A stretch of 64,000 nucleotides of DNA, taken from Clostridia bacterium. Lineage in GTDB: Bacteria > Bacillota > Clostridia > JAAYHZ01. Location of the stretch: assembly GCA_050950825.1 (NCBI GenBank), contig JBMNIH010000004.1, forward strand, positions 256,001-320,000. The letters run 5' to 3'. Made by a program: the position numbers and the translations under genes. Numbering within the stretch: position 1 is the first letter of the stretch; each line of letters begins with the position of its first letter. Shown piece by piece: positions 9,729 through 23,690 of the stretch. The notes under the pieces were generated by a model. It saw only the letters and a program-made list of their open reading frames with translations, had not been told where the DNA came from and did not search any database.

Positions 9729-10886
9729 CTACGGTCCGGTACCGGTAGGCAATAAAGCCGGCTGCGCGTACAAAGAGCGAGGAACCAAAAGAAAAGATTG
9801 GCTTCCGCATTTCGGACAGCGGTCAAGAGGTTCAACTTTGCACTTGGGGAATTCTTGAATAACTCCCGTGGGTGCGGTTGCCTTCAGCAAATCTCTGCAT
9901 AATTCCAAACGCTCTTCTCTTCCTCGGTTGGCAAGCAATCCGTAATGTCGAATTTTCATGAATCCTTTGGGCAACACATGGAGGAGAAAACGGCGTACGA
10001 ACTCGTCTTCGGAAAGCTGCATGATCTTGATTTTGTTGTGATCTTTGTAATCTTTCCAGTGGAAACGCACCGTCTGCGTGTCGGGATTATGAGAAACGAT
10101 TCGGCTGTCCGAGATCGCCACTTTGTGAGTATATCGGCCGAGATACCGTATAACGGCGGAAGCGTCTTTAAACGGTTTCTTGCAATAGCATACCCAATCC
10201 TTGGAGTACAGTAAGTCCAGAAATTGTTGCCTTTTTTGAACGGTATCCAAACCTTCCGTCAATTGAAGGGTGTTATTAACAAAGAATGTTTTCAATTCCT
10301 CGAGGAACTTTCCCCGGAAAACGATGCTGATCGCTTTAAGAGGAAGGAAAAAGGAATCTTTGGAAACAACGAATCGTTTGCGATCGCTGGACAATCCGCC
10401 GCCCGTTACGATACAATGCAAATGGGGATGGAACTGAATGTTTCGCCCCCATGTATGTAAGACGGCGATAAAGCCGGGTTGCGCCCCGAGAAATTTTTCG
10501 TTCTCCGAGAGAGTCAAAACGGTTTGACTAGCGGCACGAAAGAGCAGATTGAACATATTGTCGGGGTTTGCAAGAAACAAGGGATTGAGTTCGGCAGGCA
10601 CGGTGAAAACCACGTGGAAATAGGGTATCGGGAGCGTGTTGGCGACTTGCTTTTCAACCCATTTTCTTTGGTTGGACCCTTGACAAACGGGACAATGTCG
10701 ATTTCGGCAGGAATTGAAATGTGCCTCGGTGTAACCGCAATCGTCACATCGTTGGACGAATCCTCCCATTTCGGGAGTGCGGCACTTACAGATTGCGTCA
10801 ATGACTTTTGTTTTTTGGGGAGAATAGCTTTGGGACGGCAATCTCTCTTTAAAGGACTGAAAGATCTTTTGAATTTTAGAGGACAT
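9729..10886 (-). CDS. IS91-family rolling-circle (HUH/Y2) transposase
   Basis: Zn-binding CxxC + SCRNRHCPVC; HPHLHC HUH motif; YLGRY (YxxxY); FLLHVLPKGF.KIRHYG. Confidence 0.95.
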   Translation of the reverse strand: MSSKIQKIFQSFKERLPSQSYSPQKTKVIDAICKCRTPEMGGFVQRCDDCGYTEAHFNSCRNRHCPVCQGSNQRKWVEKQVANTLPIPYFHVVFTVPAELNPLFLANPDNMFNLLFRAASQTVLTLSENEKFLGAQPGFIAVLHTWGRNIQFHPHLHCIVTGGGLSSDRKRFVVSKDSFFLPLKAISIVFRGKFLEELKTFFVNNTLQLTEGLDTVQKRQQFLDLLYSKDWVCYCKKPFKDASAVIRYLGRYTHKVAISDSRIVSHNPDTQTVRFHWKDYKDHNKIKIMQLSEDEFVRRFLLHVLPKGFMKIRHYGLLANRGREERLELCRDLLKATAPTGVIQEFPKCKVEPLDRCPKCGSQSFLLVPRSLYAQPALLPTGTGP

Positions 10887-11751
10887 TAAAATCACCTCCG
10901 AAACCGTCAGCCGGACTCTTCACCCCTTGAAGATGCTTCCGTGCCAAGTGCGTGTAACGTTTGGTGGTCCAAATGCTTGCATGACCGAGTAGGGATTGTA
11001 TGACTTCGATATCTTGTCCGGATTCGTAAAGGTGTGTCGCAAAGCTATGGCGTAAAGAATGAATGCACGCATTTTTGCGGATTCCGGCTTTTATTACGGC
11101 ATCATGAAACGCCTTTTGGATTCCCTGCGCTGCCATAGGCTTACCGGAAGAGGCACCCGGGAAAAGATAAGGACCTTCAGGTCTGTAAAGCCTCCAATAA
11201 TCTCGAAGAAGCGTCAAATACTCCGGAGACAGTATCGTATAGCGATCTTTGTTGTTTTTACTTTTTCGAACGGCGATCTGCATATTCTCACTGTCAATAT
11301 CTTTGATTTTTAGATTCAAGGCTTCTCCGAGACGAAGACCTGCAGAATAACAAAGGTATAGAATGACTCTGTATCGAGGGTTTCTTATGTAGGAAAATAT
11401 TCGTTTGATTTCATTTTGCGACAATACGGCAGGCAGTACAGTTTCCTTACGAACACGAGGAAGTAAAGACTCATCAAAAGTTTTTTGCAATCCTACACGG
11501 AAGAAAAGACGTATGGCTGCTCTGACTTGGTTGATGTAATCCGCACTCAAGGATCGCTTAACAAGACCGTGCAAATACAAAAGTACATCTTGCTGAGAGA
11601 TTTGACAGGGATGTTTCTGAACCGTTTGATAAAACTTAATAATTTGTCGCTCATAAAGATAGATTGTTCTTTGAGAATAACGGCAGGTCTCAAGAACAAA
11701 CTTAACATTGTGGAGCGCTTGATCAAAATCGACGGATAAATTTGTTGACAT
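10876..11751 (-). CDS. Tyrosine recombinase (phage integrase/XerD family)
   Basis: Complete catalytic set: GLR, K(NNKDR), HSLRH, LGH, Y(TH); overlaps tnp start by 11 bp. Confidence 0.95.
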   Translation of the reverse strand: MSTNLSVDFDQALHNVKFVLETCRYSQRTIYLYERQIIKFYQTVQKHPCQISQQDVLLYLHGLVKRSLSADYINQVRAAIRLFFRVGLQKTFDESLLPRVRKETVLPAVLSQNEIKRIFSYIRNPRYRVILYLCYSAGLRLGEALNLKIKDIDSENMQIAVRKSKNNKDRYTILSPEYLTLLRDYWRLYRPEGPYLFPGASSGKPMAAQGIQKAFHDAVIKAGIRKNACIHSLRHSFATHLYESGQDIEVIQSLLGHASIWTTKRYTHLARKHLQGVKSPADGFGGDFNVL

Positions 11752-11939
11752 AACAATACCACCTTTCAAAATCAAATTAATGGGAGCTATTATATACGAT
11801 TTTGAAGGTGATAGGAATTAAATATAAAGGTTAGGACCCGAAAAGGGTAAATACTGTTGAGCTACCGCGCAGCGGTTTGGTACAATTATCGGTTATACGG
11901 GGTTTCTTTAGATACCCTAAATATCATTTGAGGTTTTTT

Positions 11940-12431
11940 ATGGCCAAAGGAAAAATAACGTGTTCCTTTCAATTGAACGAAAAGGATTTTTTAAATTTTA
12001 ATTATGCAGTCAATCGAAGACCGCTACGCTTTATGCTGTTGTATGGTTTTATTTTGATGGCATTGGTTATCGGTTTTGAAGCCGTAAAAGAAAAAATAAA
12101 CGTCATTCCTATCATGATCGGCTTGTTCATTATTATCCTCTCCTTCGGCGTTACCCTTTTCAATATGGTTCGAAAAAGCAGAGAAGGTTGGGCGGTAAAT
12201 ACGGCTTTTCATGACCCGATGACGTTTGCGTTTGACGACAAAGGATTTTCTTGCACGACCCCTAAGCATTCGGCTCGTGTGACTTGGCAAAAAGTCACTA
12301 AAGTCGTATGGGGGAAAAAGATTATTGTTATCATGACGGGAGGCACCCAAGCCTATTTAATACCGACACGGATAGAAAACATAAACGAGGTAAAAAAAGT
12401 GATATGGGAGTACGTATCACATAAAAAATAA
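11940..12431 (+). CDS. YcxB-like membrane protein
   Basis: Two TM helices, then FDDKGF...VTWQKV..V...YLIP pattern; GAGG RBS. Confidence 0.7.
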   Translation: MAKGKITCSFQLNEKDFLNFNYAVNRRPLRFMLLYGFILMALVIGFEAVKEKINVIPIMIGLFIIILSFGVTLFNMVRKSREGWAVNTAFHDPMTFAFDDKGFSCTTPKHSARVTWQKVTKVVWGKKIIVIMTGGTQAYLIPTRIENINEVKKVIWEYVSHKK

Positions 12432-12478
12432 AGTGATTGTATGAAGACGATAAGACCGTAAGGAAAGGAAGAAAAGAC

Positions 12479-13207
12479 ATGCAAGATTTCAAAGAGCAAA
12501 GCGAAAGAAATTTTCAAATGTTAAAAGAAAATGCATATCCGGGCAGAGGAATCGTGTTGGGAATGGATTCTCAATCCAAACACTATATCCAAGTGTATTG
12601 GATAATGGGAAGAAGCGAAAACTCAAGAAATCGAATTTTCGTAGAAGAAAACGGATTCGTCAAAACGAAAGCATATGACGAGAATAAATGTACCGACCCT
12701 TCTTTGATTATCTATTACCCCGTGAAACACATCGGCTCTTGCCATATCGTTACCAACGGGGACCAGACGGATACCGTTTATGAAAGGATTAAAGAAAAGA
12801 AAACCTTTGAACAGGCGCTTATGGAAAGAACCTTCGAACCGGACAAACCGAATTTTACCCCTCGTATTTCCGGTTTGATCGACTTAAAAGATCCTCTTTT
12901 TGCATACAGGCTGTCCGTTTTAAAGACGGTCAATAATCGGGAAGAGTACGGGCAGAAGAATTTTTACTACTACCACAAGGCAATTCCCGGCTTTGGCCAC
13001 GGCATCACCACCTATCGGTCGGACGGCAATCCCTTGCCTTCATTTTCATCGGAGCCTTTGCTGCTGCCCTTGGAAGATTGCCCTGAAAAAACCGCCGAGT
13101 TGTATTGGAATGCATTGAATGAAGAGAATAAAGTTTCGCTGTTGGTGAAGTTCATCGACGCAGAATCCGGGGAATTTCAAATCGTAATCAAAAACAAGCT
13201 GGCATAA
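12479..13207 (+). CDS. purO: IMP cyclohydrolase, PurO-like
   Basis: YPGRGI, YWIMGRSENSRNR, VTNGDQTD, FEPD.PNFTPRISG. Confidence 0.85.
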   Translation: MQDFKEQSERNFQMLKENAYPGRGIVLGMDSQSKHYIQVYWIMGRSENSRNRIFVEENGFVKTKAYDENKCTDPSLIIYYPVKHIGSCHIVTNGDQTDTVYERIKEKKTFEQALMERTFEPDKPNFTPRISGLIDLKDPLFAYRLSVLKTVNNREEYGQKNFYYYHKAIPGFGHGITTYRSDGNPLPSFSSEPLLLPLEDCPEKTAELYWNALNEENKVSLLVKFIDAESGEFQIVIKNKLA

Positions 13208-13221
13208 GGAGGTATCTTTTT

Positions 13222-13494
13222 ATGGAAAAAGCGGTCGTTACGGTGTTAGGCGTAGACCGAGTAGGTATTATTGCGGATACTAGTGCCGTGATGAAAAAGT
13301 GCAACATTAATATCTTGGACATATCCCAGACCATTGTTCAAGATATGTTTACCATGATGATGATTGTGGATCTTACGAACGGCAACCGACCTTTCGACAA
13401 CGTAAAAGAAGAATTGGATAAAGTGGCATTGGATTTAGGCGTCCAAATCAAAATACAGCATATGGACATATTTCAGTCGATGCACAGAATTTAA
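13222..13494 (+). CDS. ACT domain protein (UPF0237)
   Basis: VTVLGVDRVGII...NILDISQTI...IFQSMHRI; paired with PFL-family gene. Confidence 0.9.
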   Translation: MEKAVVTVLGVDRVGIIADTSAVMKKCNINILDISQTIVQDMFTMMMIVDLTNGNRPFDNVKEELDKVALDLGVQIKIQHMDIFQSMHRI

Positions 13495-13513
13495 AAGAAC
13501 AGGAGGCTGATTT

Positions 13514-14872
13514 ATGCCGGGGCTTTATGAAGTATATGAAACCTTGAAAATGATCGAGAAAGAGCATTTGGATATACGAACGGTTACCATGGGGATCTCT
13601 CTTTTCGACTGCTGCGACAGCGACGGCAAAAAAGCGTGTCAAAAAATATACGATAAGATTACCAAGAGAGCGGAGAACTTGGTAAAAACCGTGGAAGCGG
13701 TAGAAAGAAAATTCGGAATACCCATTGTCAACAAAAGAATATCCGTAACACCCGTTTCTTTGATAGCCGGATCTTCCGATGCAAAGGATTATACATGTTT
13801 TGCGGAAGCCATGGATAAAGCGGCCGCGACTACCGGGGTCGACTATATCGGAGGATTTACGTCTTTGGTGCAAAAAGGCTTTACCAAGGGAGACGAAATA
13901 TTGATCAATTCCATTCCCAAAGCCATTGCATCCACCCGCAAGGTATGTTCTTCGGTGAACGTGGCTTCTACAAAAGCCGGCATCAATATGGATGCCGTGA
14001 AAAAAATGGGTGCGGTTATCAAGGAGCTGGCTTATGCCACCAAAGAGGAAAACTGCTTCGGCTGTGCAAAGCTGGTGGTGTTTGCCAATGCACCGGACGA
14101 CAATCCTTTTATGGCGGGAGCCTATCACGGTATCGGAGAACCGGAAACCTGCATTAACGTAGGAGTCAGCGGACCCGGAGCCGTAAAAGCCGTACTGGAA
14201 AAGGTTAAAGGAGAGGACTTGGGAACGGTAGCGGAAACCGTTAAAAGAACCGCCTTCAAAATCACCCGTGTCGGCCAATTGGTGGCAAGAGAGGTGTCCG
14301 CCCTTTTAGGTACCAAGTTCGGCATAGTGGATTTGTCCCTTGCGCCTACACCCGTGGTGGGAGACAGTATCGCGCGGATTTTGGAAGAGATGGGCGTGGA
14401 AAAGTGCGGTACCCACGGTTCGACGGCGGCTTTGGCTTTATTAAACGACGCCGTGAAAAAAGGCGGTGTTATGGCTTCATCTTACGTTGGGGGATTAAGC
14501 GGTGCCTTCATCCCGGTTAGCGAAGACGAAGGCATGTGTGCGGCCGTTATGGACGGTGCTTTGTCATTGGATAAATTGGAAGCCATGACCTGCGTATGCT
14601 CGGTAGGCTTGGACATGATCGTGGTTCCCGGAGACATCTCCGCCGAGACCATTTCCGCCATTATTGCCGATGAAGCGGCTATCGGTATGATCAATAACAA
14701 AACCACTGCCGTTCGATTGATTCCGGCCATCGGTAAAAAAGAAGGCGATGTAATCGAATACGGCGGCTTATGGGGGAAAGCACCGGTCATGAAGGTGAAT
14801 CCGTACAAAAGCGCCGAATTTATCAATCGGGGAGGAAGAATCCCTGCCCCCATCAACAGTTTGCGAAACTGA
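13514..14872 (+). CDS. PFL family protein (UPF0210/DUF711)
   Basis: [42 protein letters not shown]. Confidence 0.92.
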   Translation: MPGLYEVYETLKMIEKEHLDIRTVTMGISLFDCCDSDGKKACQKIYDKITKRAENLVKTVEAVERKFGIPIVNKRISVTPVSLIAGSSDAKDYTCFAEAMDKAAATTGVDYIGGFTSLVQKGFTKGDEILINSIPKAIASTRKVCSSVNVASTKAGINMDAVKKMGAVIKELAYATKEENCFGCAKLVVFANAPDDNPFMAGAYHGIGEPETCINVGVSGPGAVKAVLEKVKGEDLGTVAETVKRTAFKITRVGQLVAREVSALLGTKFGIVDLSLAPTPVVGDSIARILEEMGVEKCGTHGSTAALALLNDAVKKGGVMASSYVGGLSGAFIPVSEDEGMCAAVMDGALSLDKLEAMTCVCSVGLDMIVVPGDISAETISAIIADEAAIGMINNKTTAVRLIPAIGKKEGDVIEYGGLWGKAPVMKVNPYKSAEFINRGGRIPAPINSLRN

Positions 14873-14928
14873 AAGCGAGCCATTGTCCGCCGACATTTGT
14901 CGGCGGACCGTGATATTATGATCAAAAT

Positions 14929-16733
14929 AAAAAGGGGCTGTTGCATTAGAGGTTTTTTAAACATCTGATGCACTGCCTCTTTTTCAATATTTTACCTTGA
15001 ATTTAAGGAATTTTAATTAATTTTAATCAACAAAGAAGCCGATTACTAAAAAAGGGTGCACTTAATACACCTTTTGTAATAATCGGCTTTTTCTTTAATT
15101 TGTTTTCACTTAAGCACTATTTTCAAATTGAAAAAGATGTGTACCGGTTCGTCCGGCTTGAATTTTACTGTGAAGCTTATTTACGTTAAAAGCCATAGCC
15201 AGTAGTATGCTCTCGGCAAGTACATTCGCCTTACCTCTGCACAAAAATCTCCGAAATCCCATGTCCTGCTTTATTGTTCCGAAAGATCCTTCCGCCTGTA
15301 TGCTTCTGTTTATTCTAAGAATTTCCTTTTATACATTTACTTTTGAAGGAGCAATCACTGCAATCTTCGCATGTATAAACCGTTTTCCTCGCTCAAAAAT
15401 CCGTTTTTGCTTCTTTTCTTTATTATATCGCTAACGACAAGTTTTCTCTTGTTATGACAGACGTAATAATCTCCTTCTGCATGGTATTCCATATTTTCCA
15501 TAAGACCAATGTCATTTTTATATTTCTTGGTTTTGGATTGTTCGTAATTTAACGGTTTAATATACGCCGATTGGCCGTTTTTATCCAAGTAAATATAGTT
15601 TTCTTCGCTTTCGTATCCTGCGTCCGCGACAACTTTTTTGTATTTGAATTTTAAATGGGATCTCATTTCATTCAAAAAAGGTATTAGAGTCGGTGCATCC
15701 GTTGTGCATTGATTCACCGTTACCCATGTTATGTACTCGGAGTCAACGCCATGCTGAATGTTATATGCCGCTTTCAGCTGACCGTTGCCCATAGCGTCCT
15801 CTTTCATTCTCATAAACGTCGCATCGTGATCCGTTTTTGAAAAACTGTTGCGGTCTCCGCATACATGTATGTTTTTCGTATATTCCTTCAGCTTATCCAA
15901 ATAATTCTCCAAAGTCTCAATGGATCGTTGGAAAGGTGTTTTTCTCTTCCCTTTTCCATGTACGAACTCGATGTTTTCTTCCTTCTTTATGGCATACAGT
16001 CTCTTGCGTAACTTTTTAACGTGTTTCATTTCGACTTGATTATTGTATACTATTTTGATTCCGTACTTTTCCTCGCATTCCGCGAAGAAATCCGCCAATT
16101 TTGCAAGCAACTTCTCTTGATTTTTTGTGACCGCTCTTTTCCAGACAAAAGTGTATTTGTTTGCACACGCCTCTATTTTCGTGCCGTCAATAAATATGGC
16201 GTCGCCGGATAATTCTCCGATATCATAGAGAAATTCGGACATTTCACTCAAAATTCTTTTGGCACAAGGTGTGAAATGCAAGCTTCGAAACCTGGAAAAC
16301 GTTGCATGATCAGGTACCGGCATACCCTCTAAAAGGTACATAAAATTTACATCGCGACGACATGCTTTTTCTATGTCTCTTGATGAATAAATATGATTCA
16401 TGTATGCGTAAATTAAGATTTTAAGCATCTGACGCGGGCTTGCTTGGTTTCTCTTTATACGAGAATAAGTCGAATACAAATCTTCTAAATCCATCTCCTC
16501 CACAAAATGACTCAACAAGCGAACCGGATCATCGTCAGGAATTTTATATTCCAATTCTATTGGAAGTTTTAGTTGATAATTTCTTCGTTTAAATGTATAC
16601 TTCTTATTAAGTTTTAAGGTTTTCATATTGTTATTTTATCATAAATCCCTTGCTTCTTGGGCATCGGGATTTATTTTTTATCAATTAAAAAGAGGCTGTG
16701 CACTATTTCTTTTTAGTGCAACAGCCCCTTTTT
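14929..16733 (-). mobile_element. IS1182-family insertion sequence (decayed)
   Basis: 17-bp inverted ends AAAAAGGGGCTGTTGCA / TGCAACAGCCCCTTTTT, each part of a subterminal hairpin. Confidence 0.85.
15110..16626 (-). pseudogene. IS1182 transposase pseudogene
   Basis: SSRDIE, PDHATF, IDGTKIEA, SKTDHDATFMRMK, ADAGY; frameshift near 15385; C-terminus (CEDC...RSIQAEGSFG...GFRRF) continues out of frame with an apparent internal deletion near 15325. Confidence 0.88.
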
Positions 16734-16761
16734 TCATGTATTCGAGTTTTCCTTAAATCTC

Positions 16762-18579
16762 TTACCACGGGTTTTCGGGGAATGCCGGACGTCTGCTATC
16801 GATGGTGTATACGGGATCAATCAGGTCTTTTACCAAGCTCTTGTTGTACGTCATCATAAATCCGTCTAAGTTCTGTCGGTCCATGCTGACGGCCTTTGAC
16901 CCGTAGCTTACGTAAGGCATGCCGCCTACGGCACAAATGATGTTAAATCCTTCGGAGACAAGGTAATTGTAGCTTTCCGAGCCGGGTCTCGATTGGTAAC
17001 CGAAGGGAGTAATGTAGATATTGGTTTTGCCGATGATCGGTTCCACTTCTTTTTTCCAACGCTCCGTATCTCTCTTTAATAAATCCAAGGAAAATACGCC
17101 GTCGCTGAAGTCGTCGTGGTGGGTGTAGCTGTGGCTTGCAAAGGCCCAGCCGTTAGCTTTCAAGGCGTCCGCCACTTTTTTGGCTTCAGCGGTCAACGCT
17201 TCGATTTCGGCCTTGTCCTTTTCATCGGGATTGTTGGTTCTGTAGCCCAATACTCCTTCGTAACCGGTCAGCGCGATAACGCCTTTTGCTCCTTGGTAGG
17301 AGAAGTCCGGATGCTCTTCCACGAATTTGTCTACCAAAGGCATTACGTCATGTTCTCTGGAGATCACTTGACTTCCGTCCGGTGCAATCGTAAGGTTTGC
17401 GACTTTTCCGTTTTCGTCGATAATGAGTTTTTCGGGGAACCCGTCTCCCTTCATATATTCGTAGTAGGAAACGTCGTCAATGGATAATATAATCGGTTTC
17501 TTTCCCTTCGGAACCATAATCTTGTTCTTGGTAATGGTTCCGTCCGGATTGGTGGTGATTAATTTTCGAATATCGTATAGTATGAAATTTCTTTCGTAGA
17601 GCTGCTCCAATATTTTTTTGCATTCTTCCACGGTTGTCATCCAATAGTTGTATCCCTGTTGTTTATAATCACCGTCAAAGGCTTTCTCGGGATAAACGAT
17701 CAAACTGTGGAAGAAAATGTGATACAAGGGTCCCGTATACTCGTAAAGCTCCGCCAAATATTTTTGACCCGATTCTTTTAATTCCAAAAGCTTTGCGCTG
17801 TCGGGGAAGAGGGCTAAGTATTCGTCGGCCTTGTTTATGGCATTTTCATATTCGTAGGATTGAATCAGCTTTTCCACTTCGTCGATATAACCGTTTAGCA
17901 GAGCTTGGTTCAATTCCTCTATTTTTTCCTGCGCCTGTATGTAATGGTATTGGTCTTTGCCGATCGTTTTTAATATATCGATGGCATCGGCGATTCTATT
18001 TTGATTTATTTGATCCAAGGCACGGTCGTAAATTTCTTTGGATTTTTTAATTTCAGGCAGTTGTGCCAAATAATCGTCTCGTTCCTTCAGCTCCGGGGCT
18101 ACCGATTTGGACCGGGTTAAATAATTCATGGCACGGTCATAGGAAAGCTTGTTATCCAAATAGTCTTGCACGATTTGGTCGGTTACTTGCAAAATGATCT
18201 TTTGCGTATAGGAAGAAAAAACTTTAAAGCCTTCCAGCTTCTCCGAGGTTTCCTTCGAAATTTCCGAAGAAGACATGGATTCCGCCAAAGAAGCGTATTC
18301 TTCCATAAGAAGACTGTTCATCAGGGTTACGGTTTCGTCGTTTTTTCCGTCTTTGTTTTTACCGACGATATATTCGTAGTGCTCCTTCGCACTTTTGTAA
18401 TCTCCCTCCTTCAGAGAATCGCTGAAGTTCTGAAACCTTTGTTGAATGGTTTTATTCGCTCCGGTAGGAGTACCGGGGTTTTGGGTGTTTTGAGGGTCGT
18501 TCACCGAACCGAATTCGCATGCCGACGCCGACAAGATAAGGGTTACAACTAAAAGAAGCGAAAAAAATCTTTTTATCAT
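16762..18579 (-). CDS. Lipoprotein with TPR-like + polysaccharide deacetylase (CE4-like) domain
   Basis: Lipobox LSASAC; HIFFHSLIVYP, SIDD, HSYTH motifs; paralog of 4628..6466. Confidence 0.8.
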   Translation of the reverse strand: MIKRFFSLLLVVTLILSASACEFGSVNDPQNTQNPGTPTGANKTIQQRFQNFSDSLKEGDYKSAKEHYEYIVGKNKDGKNDETVTLMNSLLMEEYASLAESMSSSEISKETSEKLEGFKVFSSYTQKIILQVTDQIVQDYLDNKLSYDRAMNYLTRSKSVAPELKERDDYLAQLPEIKKSKEIYDRALDQINQNRIADAIDILKTIGKDQYHYIQAQEKIEELNQALLNGYIDEVEKLIQSYEYENAINKADEYLALFPDSAKLLELKESGQKYLAELYEYTGPLYHIFFHSLIVYPEKAFDGDYKQQGYNYWMTTVEECKKILEQLYERNFILYDIRKLITTNPDGTITKNKIMVPKGKKPIILSIDDVSYYEYMKGDGFPEKLIIDENGKVANLTIAPDGSQVISREHDVMPLVDKFVEEHPDFSYQGAKGVIALTGYEGVLGYRTNNPDEKDKAEIEALTAEAKKVADALKANGWAFASHSYTHHDDFSDGVFSLDLLKRDTERWKKEVEPIIGKTNIYITPFGYQSRPGSESYNYLVSEGFNIICAVGGMPYVSYGSKAVSMDRQNLDGFMMTYNKSLVKDLIDPVYTIDSRRPAFPENPW

Positions 18580-18745
18580 AATTAACGTTCCTTTACTAAG
18601 TAGTATATTTGTTAGACGAGTGAAACGCCTCGTTTGGGTGCATAAAAATCAAAAAAAGTTATTAAATATTCGCAAAAAATTTCAATAAAAAAATAGTATC
18701 AAGAAAAACAGGTATTTTCAATATCTATAGTTTATGTTATTTTAG

Positions 18746-21979
<3,234 letters not shown>

Positions 21980-22069
21980 CTTCCGCAGTCCTTTTTGCAC
22001 TGCAAGAAAAAATATTGATTCTTGCAGTGTTTTGCGTTAAAATAAAGCTTATTTCAGAATGGAGATTGC

Positions 22070-22591
22070 ATGGAAGAAATGATACCGTGGGTACTTGTAG
22101 TTATGGGAAGCGACTCGGATTACGATGTCGTTAAAGGTTGCCTGAAAATATTAAAGCAATTTGGAATCGGATTTGAAGCGGTTGTATGTTCCGCCCACCG
22201 AACACCGGACGCTGCCGCGGAATATGCGAAAAACGCCGCGGATAACGGTTTTGAAGTCATCATCGCCGCTGCCGGTAAGGCGGCTCATTTACCCGGAGTT
22301 TTAGCAGCCTATACGACTTTACCGGTTATCGGATTGCCGATCAAATCCTCTACTTTAGACGGCTTGGATTCTTTACTGTCCATCGTTCAAATGCCGAACG
22401 GCGTGCCGGTTGCCACCGTTGCCATTAACGGAGCCGAAAATGCCGGTTTGCTGGCGGCTCAAATTCTTGCGCTGAAATATCCCGAAATCGAAGCGAAGCT
22501 GATTTCGTTTAAGGAGGATATGAAAAACGGCGTGGTCAAAAAGAATATCGATTTGCAAGAAAAGATTAAGAACGATATGAATACACTGTGA
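22070..22591 (+). CDS. purE: N5-CAIR mutase
   Basis: MGSDSD, SAHRTP, AAHLPG, SIVQMP.GVPVATV. Confidence 0.97.
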   Translation: MEEMIPWVLVVMGSDSDYDVVKGCLKILKQFGIGFEAVVCSAHRTPDAAAEYAKNAADNGFEVIIAAAGKAAHLPGVLAAYTTLPVIGLPIKSSTLDGLDSLLSIVQMPNGVPVATVAINGAENAGLLAAQILALKYPEIEAKLISFKEDMKNGVVKKNIDLQEKIKNDMNTL

Positions 22592-22667
22592 CACTTTGCA
22601 TATTAACGATGATGGTTTATTTGATTTTATATAAACATTGTATAAATTAGTAGTGGAGGAAACAAAT

Positions 22668-23690
22668 ATGAAGTATAAGGATTCCGGTGTTGATGTTGAG
22701 GCCGGTTACAGAGCGGTCGAATTGATGAAGAAACATGTCAATAAAACCCTGACTCCGAATGTAATCGGAGGTATCGGCAGTTTTGGCGGACTCTATGCTT
22801 TGGATGTCAAAGACATGAAAAGTCCCGTTTTGGTCTCCGGTACGGACGGTGTAGGTACGAAGCTGAAATTTGCTTTCATCGCCGATCGTCATGATACTAT
22901 CGGAATCGACTGCGTAGCCATGTGTGTCAACGATATCATGTGCAGCGGTGCAGTGCCCTTGTTCTTTTTAGACTATATTGCTTGCGGCAAAAACTATCCG
23001 GAAAAGATCGAGCAAATCGTAAAGGGCGTAGCGGAAGGCTGCATCCAAGCGGAATGTGCCTTGATCGGCGGTGAAACGGCGGAAATGCCCGGTTTTTACG
23101 ATTACGACGAATACGACATTGCCGGTTTTGCGGTAGGAATTGTGGAACGCGATAAAATCATCGACGGAAGCAAAATAACGGAAGGGGATGCGCTGATCGG
23201 TTTGGCGTCTTCCGGGTTACATAGCAACGGTTTTTCTTTAATTCGAAAAGCAGTCGGCGAAAATCAAGAAAGATTAAATCAAAAAATCGATGATTTTAAA
23301 GGCAGCATTTTGGACGAGCTTTTAACTCCTACGAAAATATATGTAAAAACCTTAAAGAGCGTTTTATCGCGGTATGAAGTCAAAGGAATCGCCCATATCA
23401 CCGGAGGCGGATTCTACGAAAACATACCCCGAATACTGCCGGAAGGATATACCGCCAACGTAAAAAAAGCCACATGGCCGATTCTGCCTATCTTCCACTT
23501 GATTAACAATGCGGGGATGATTCCGGAGGATGAAATGTACCGTACATTCAACATGGGAATCGGTATGGTTCTTGCAGTCGGAAGCGATATCGCCGACGAA
23601 TTGACTTCCTTTATCAATACCCGAACGGACAGCCGAGCATACATAATCGGAGAAATCGGCAAAGGGGAAGAGAGTATAAAGCTATGGTAA
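22668..23690 (+). CDS. purM: AIR synthetase
   Basis: DGVGTKL, GGETAEMPG, HITGGG, TFNMGIG. Confidence 0.97.
   Translation: MKYKDSGVDVEAGYRAVELMKKHVNKTLTPNVIGGIGSFGGLYALDVKDMKSPVLVSGTDGVGTKLKFAFIADRHDTIGIDCVAMCVNDIMCSGAVPLFFLDYIACGKNYPEKIEQIVKGVAEGCIQAECALIGGETAEMPGFYDYDEYDIAGFAVGIVERDKIIDGSKITEGDALIGLASSGLHSNGFSLIRKAVGENQERLNQKIDDFKGSILDELLTPTKIYVKTLKSVLSRYEVKGIAHITGGGFYENIPRILPEGYTANVKKATWPILPIFHLINNAGMIPEDEMYRTFNMGIGMVLAVGSDIADELTSFINTRTDSRAYIIGEIGKGEESIKLW

Larger units (their letters stand above)
9521..11886 (-). mobile_element. IS91-like element carrying a tyrosine recombinase, with 15-bp inverted termini
   Basis: ATTGTACCAAACCGC (9521-9535) / GCGGTTTGGTACAAT (11872-11886) bracket overlapping int and tnp genes. 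Confidence 0.82.

Noticed and set aside
10876-11751. Integron integrase (IntI) call
   Set aside because: Lacks the IntI-specific insertion between the KDR and LFP patches, and no array of repeated attC sites was seen.
13448-14278. Long antisense ORFs (also 28102..28998, 51987..52901, 56166..56675)
   Set aside because: Opposite well-supported genes, with no recognisable motifs or RBS.
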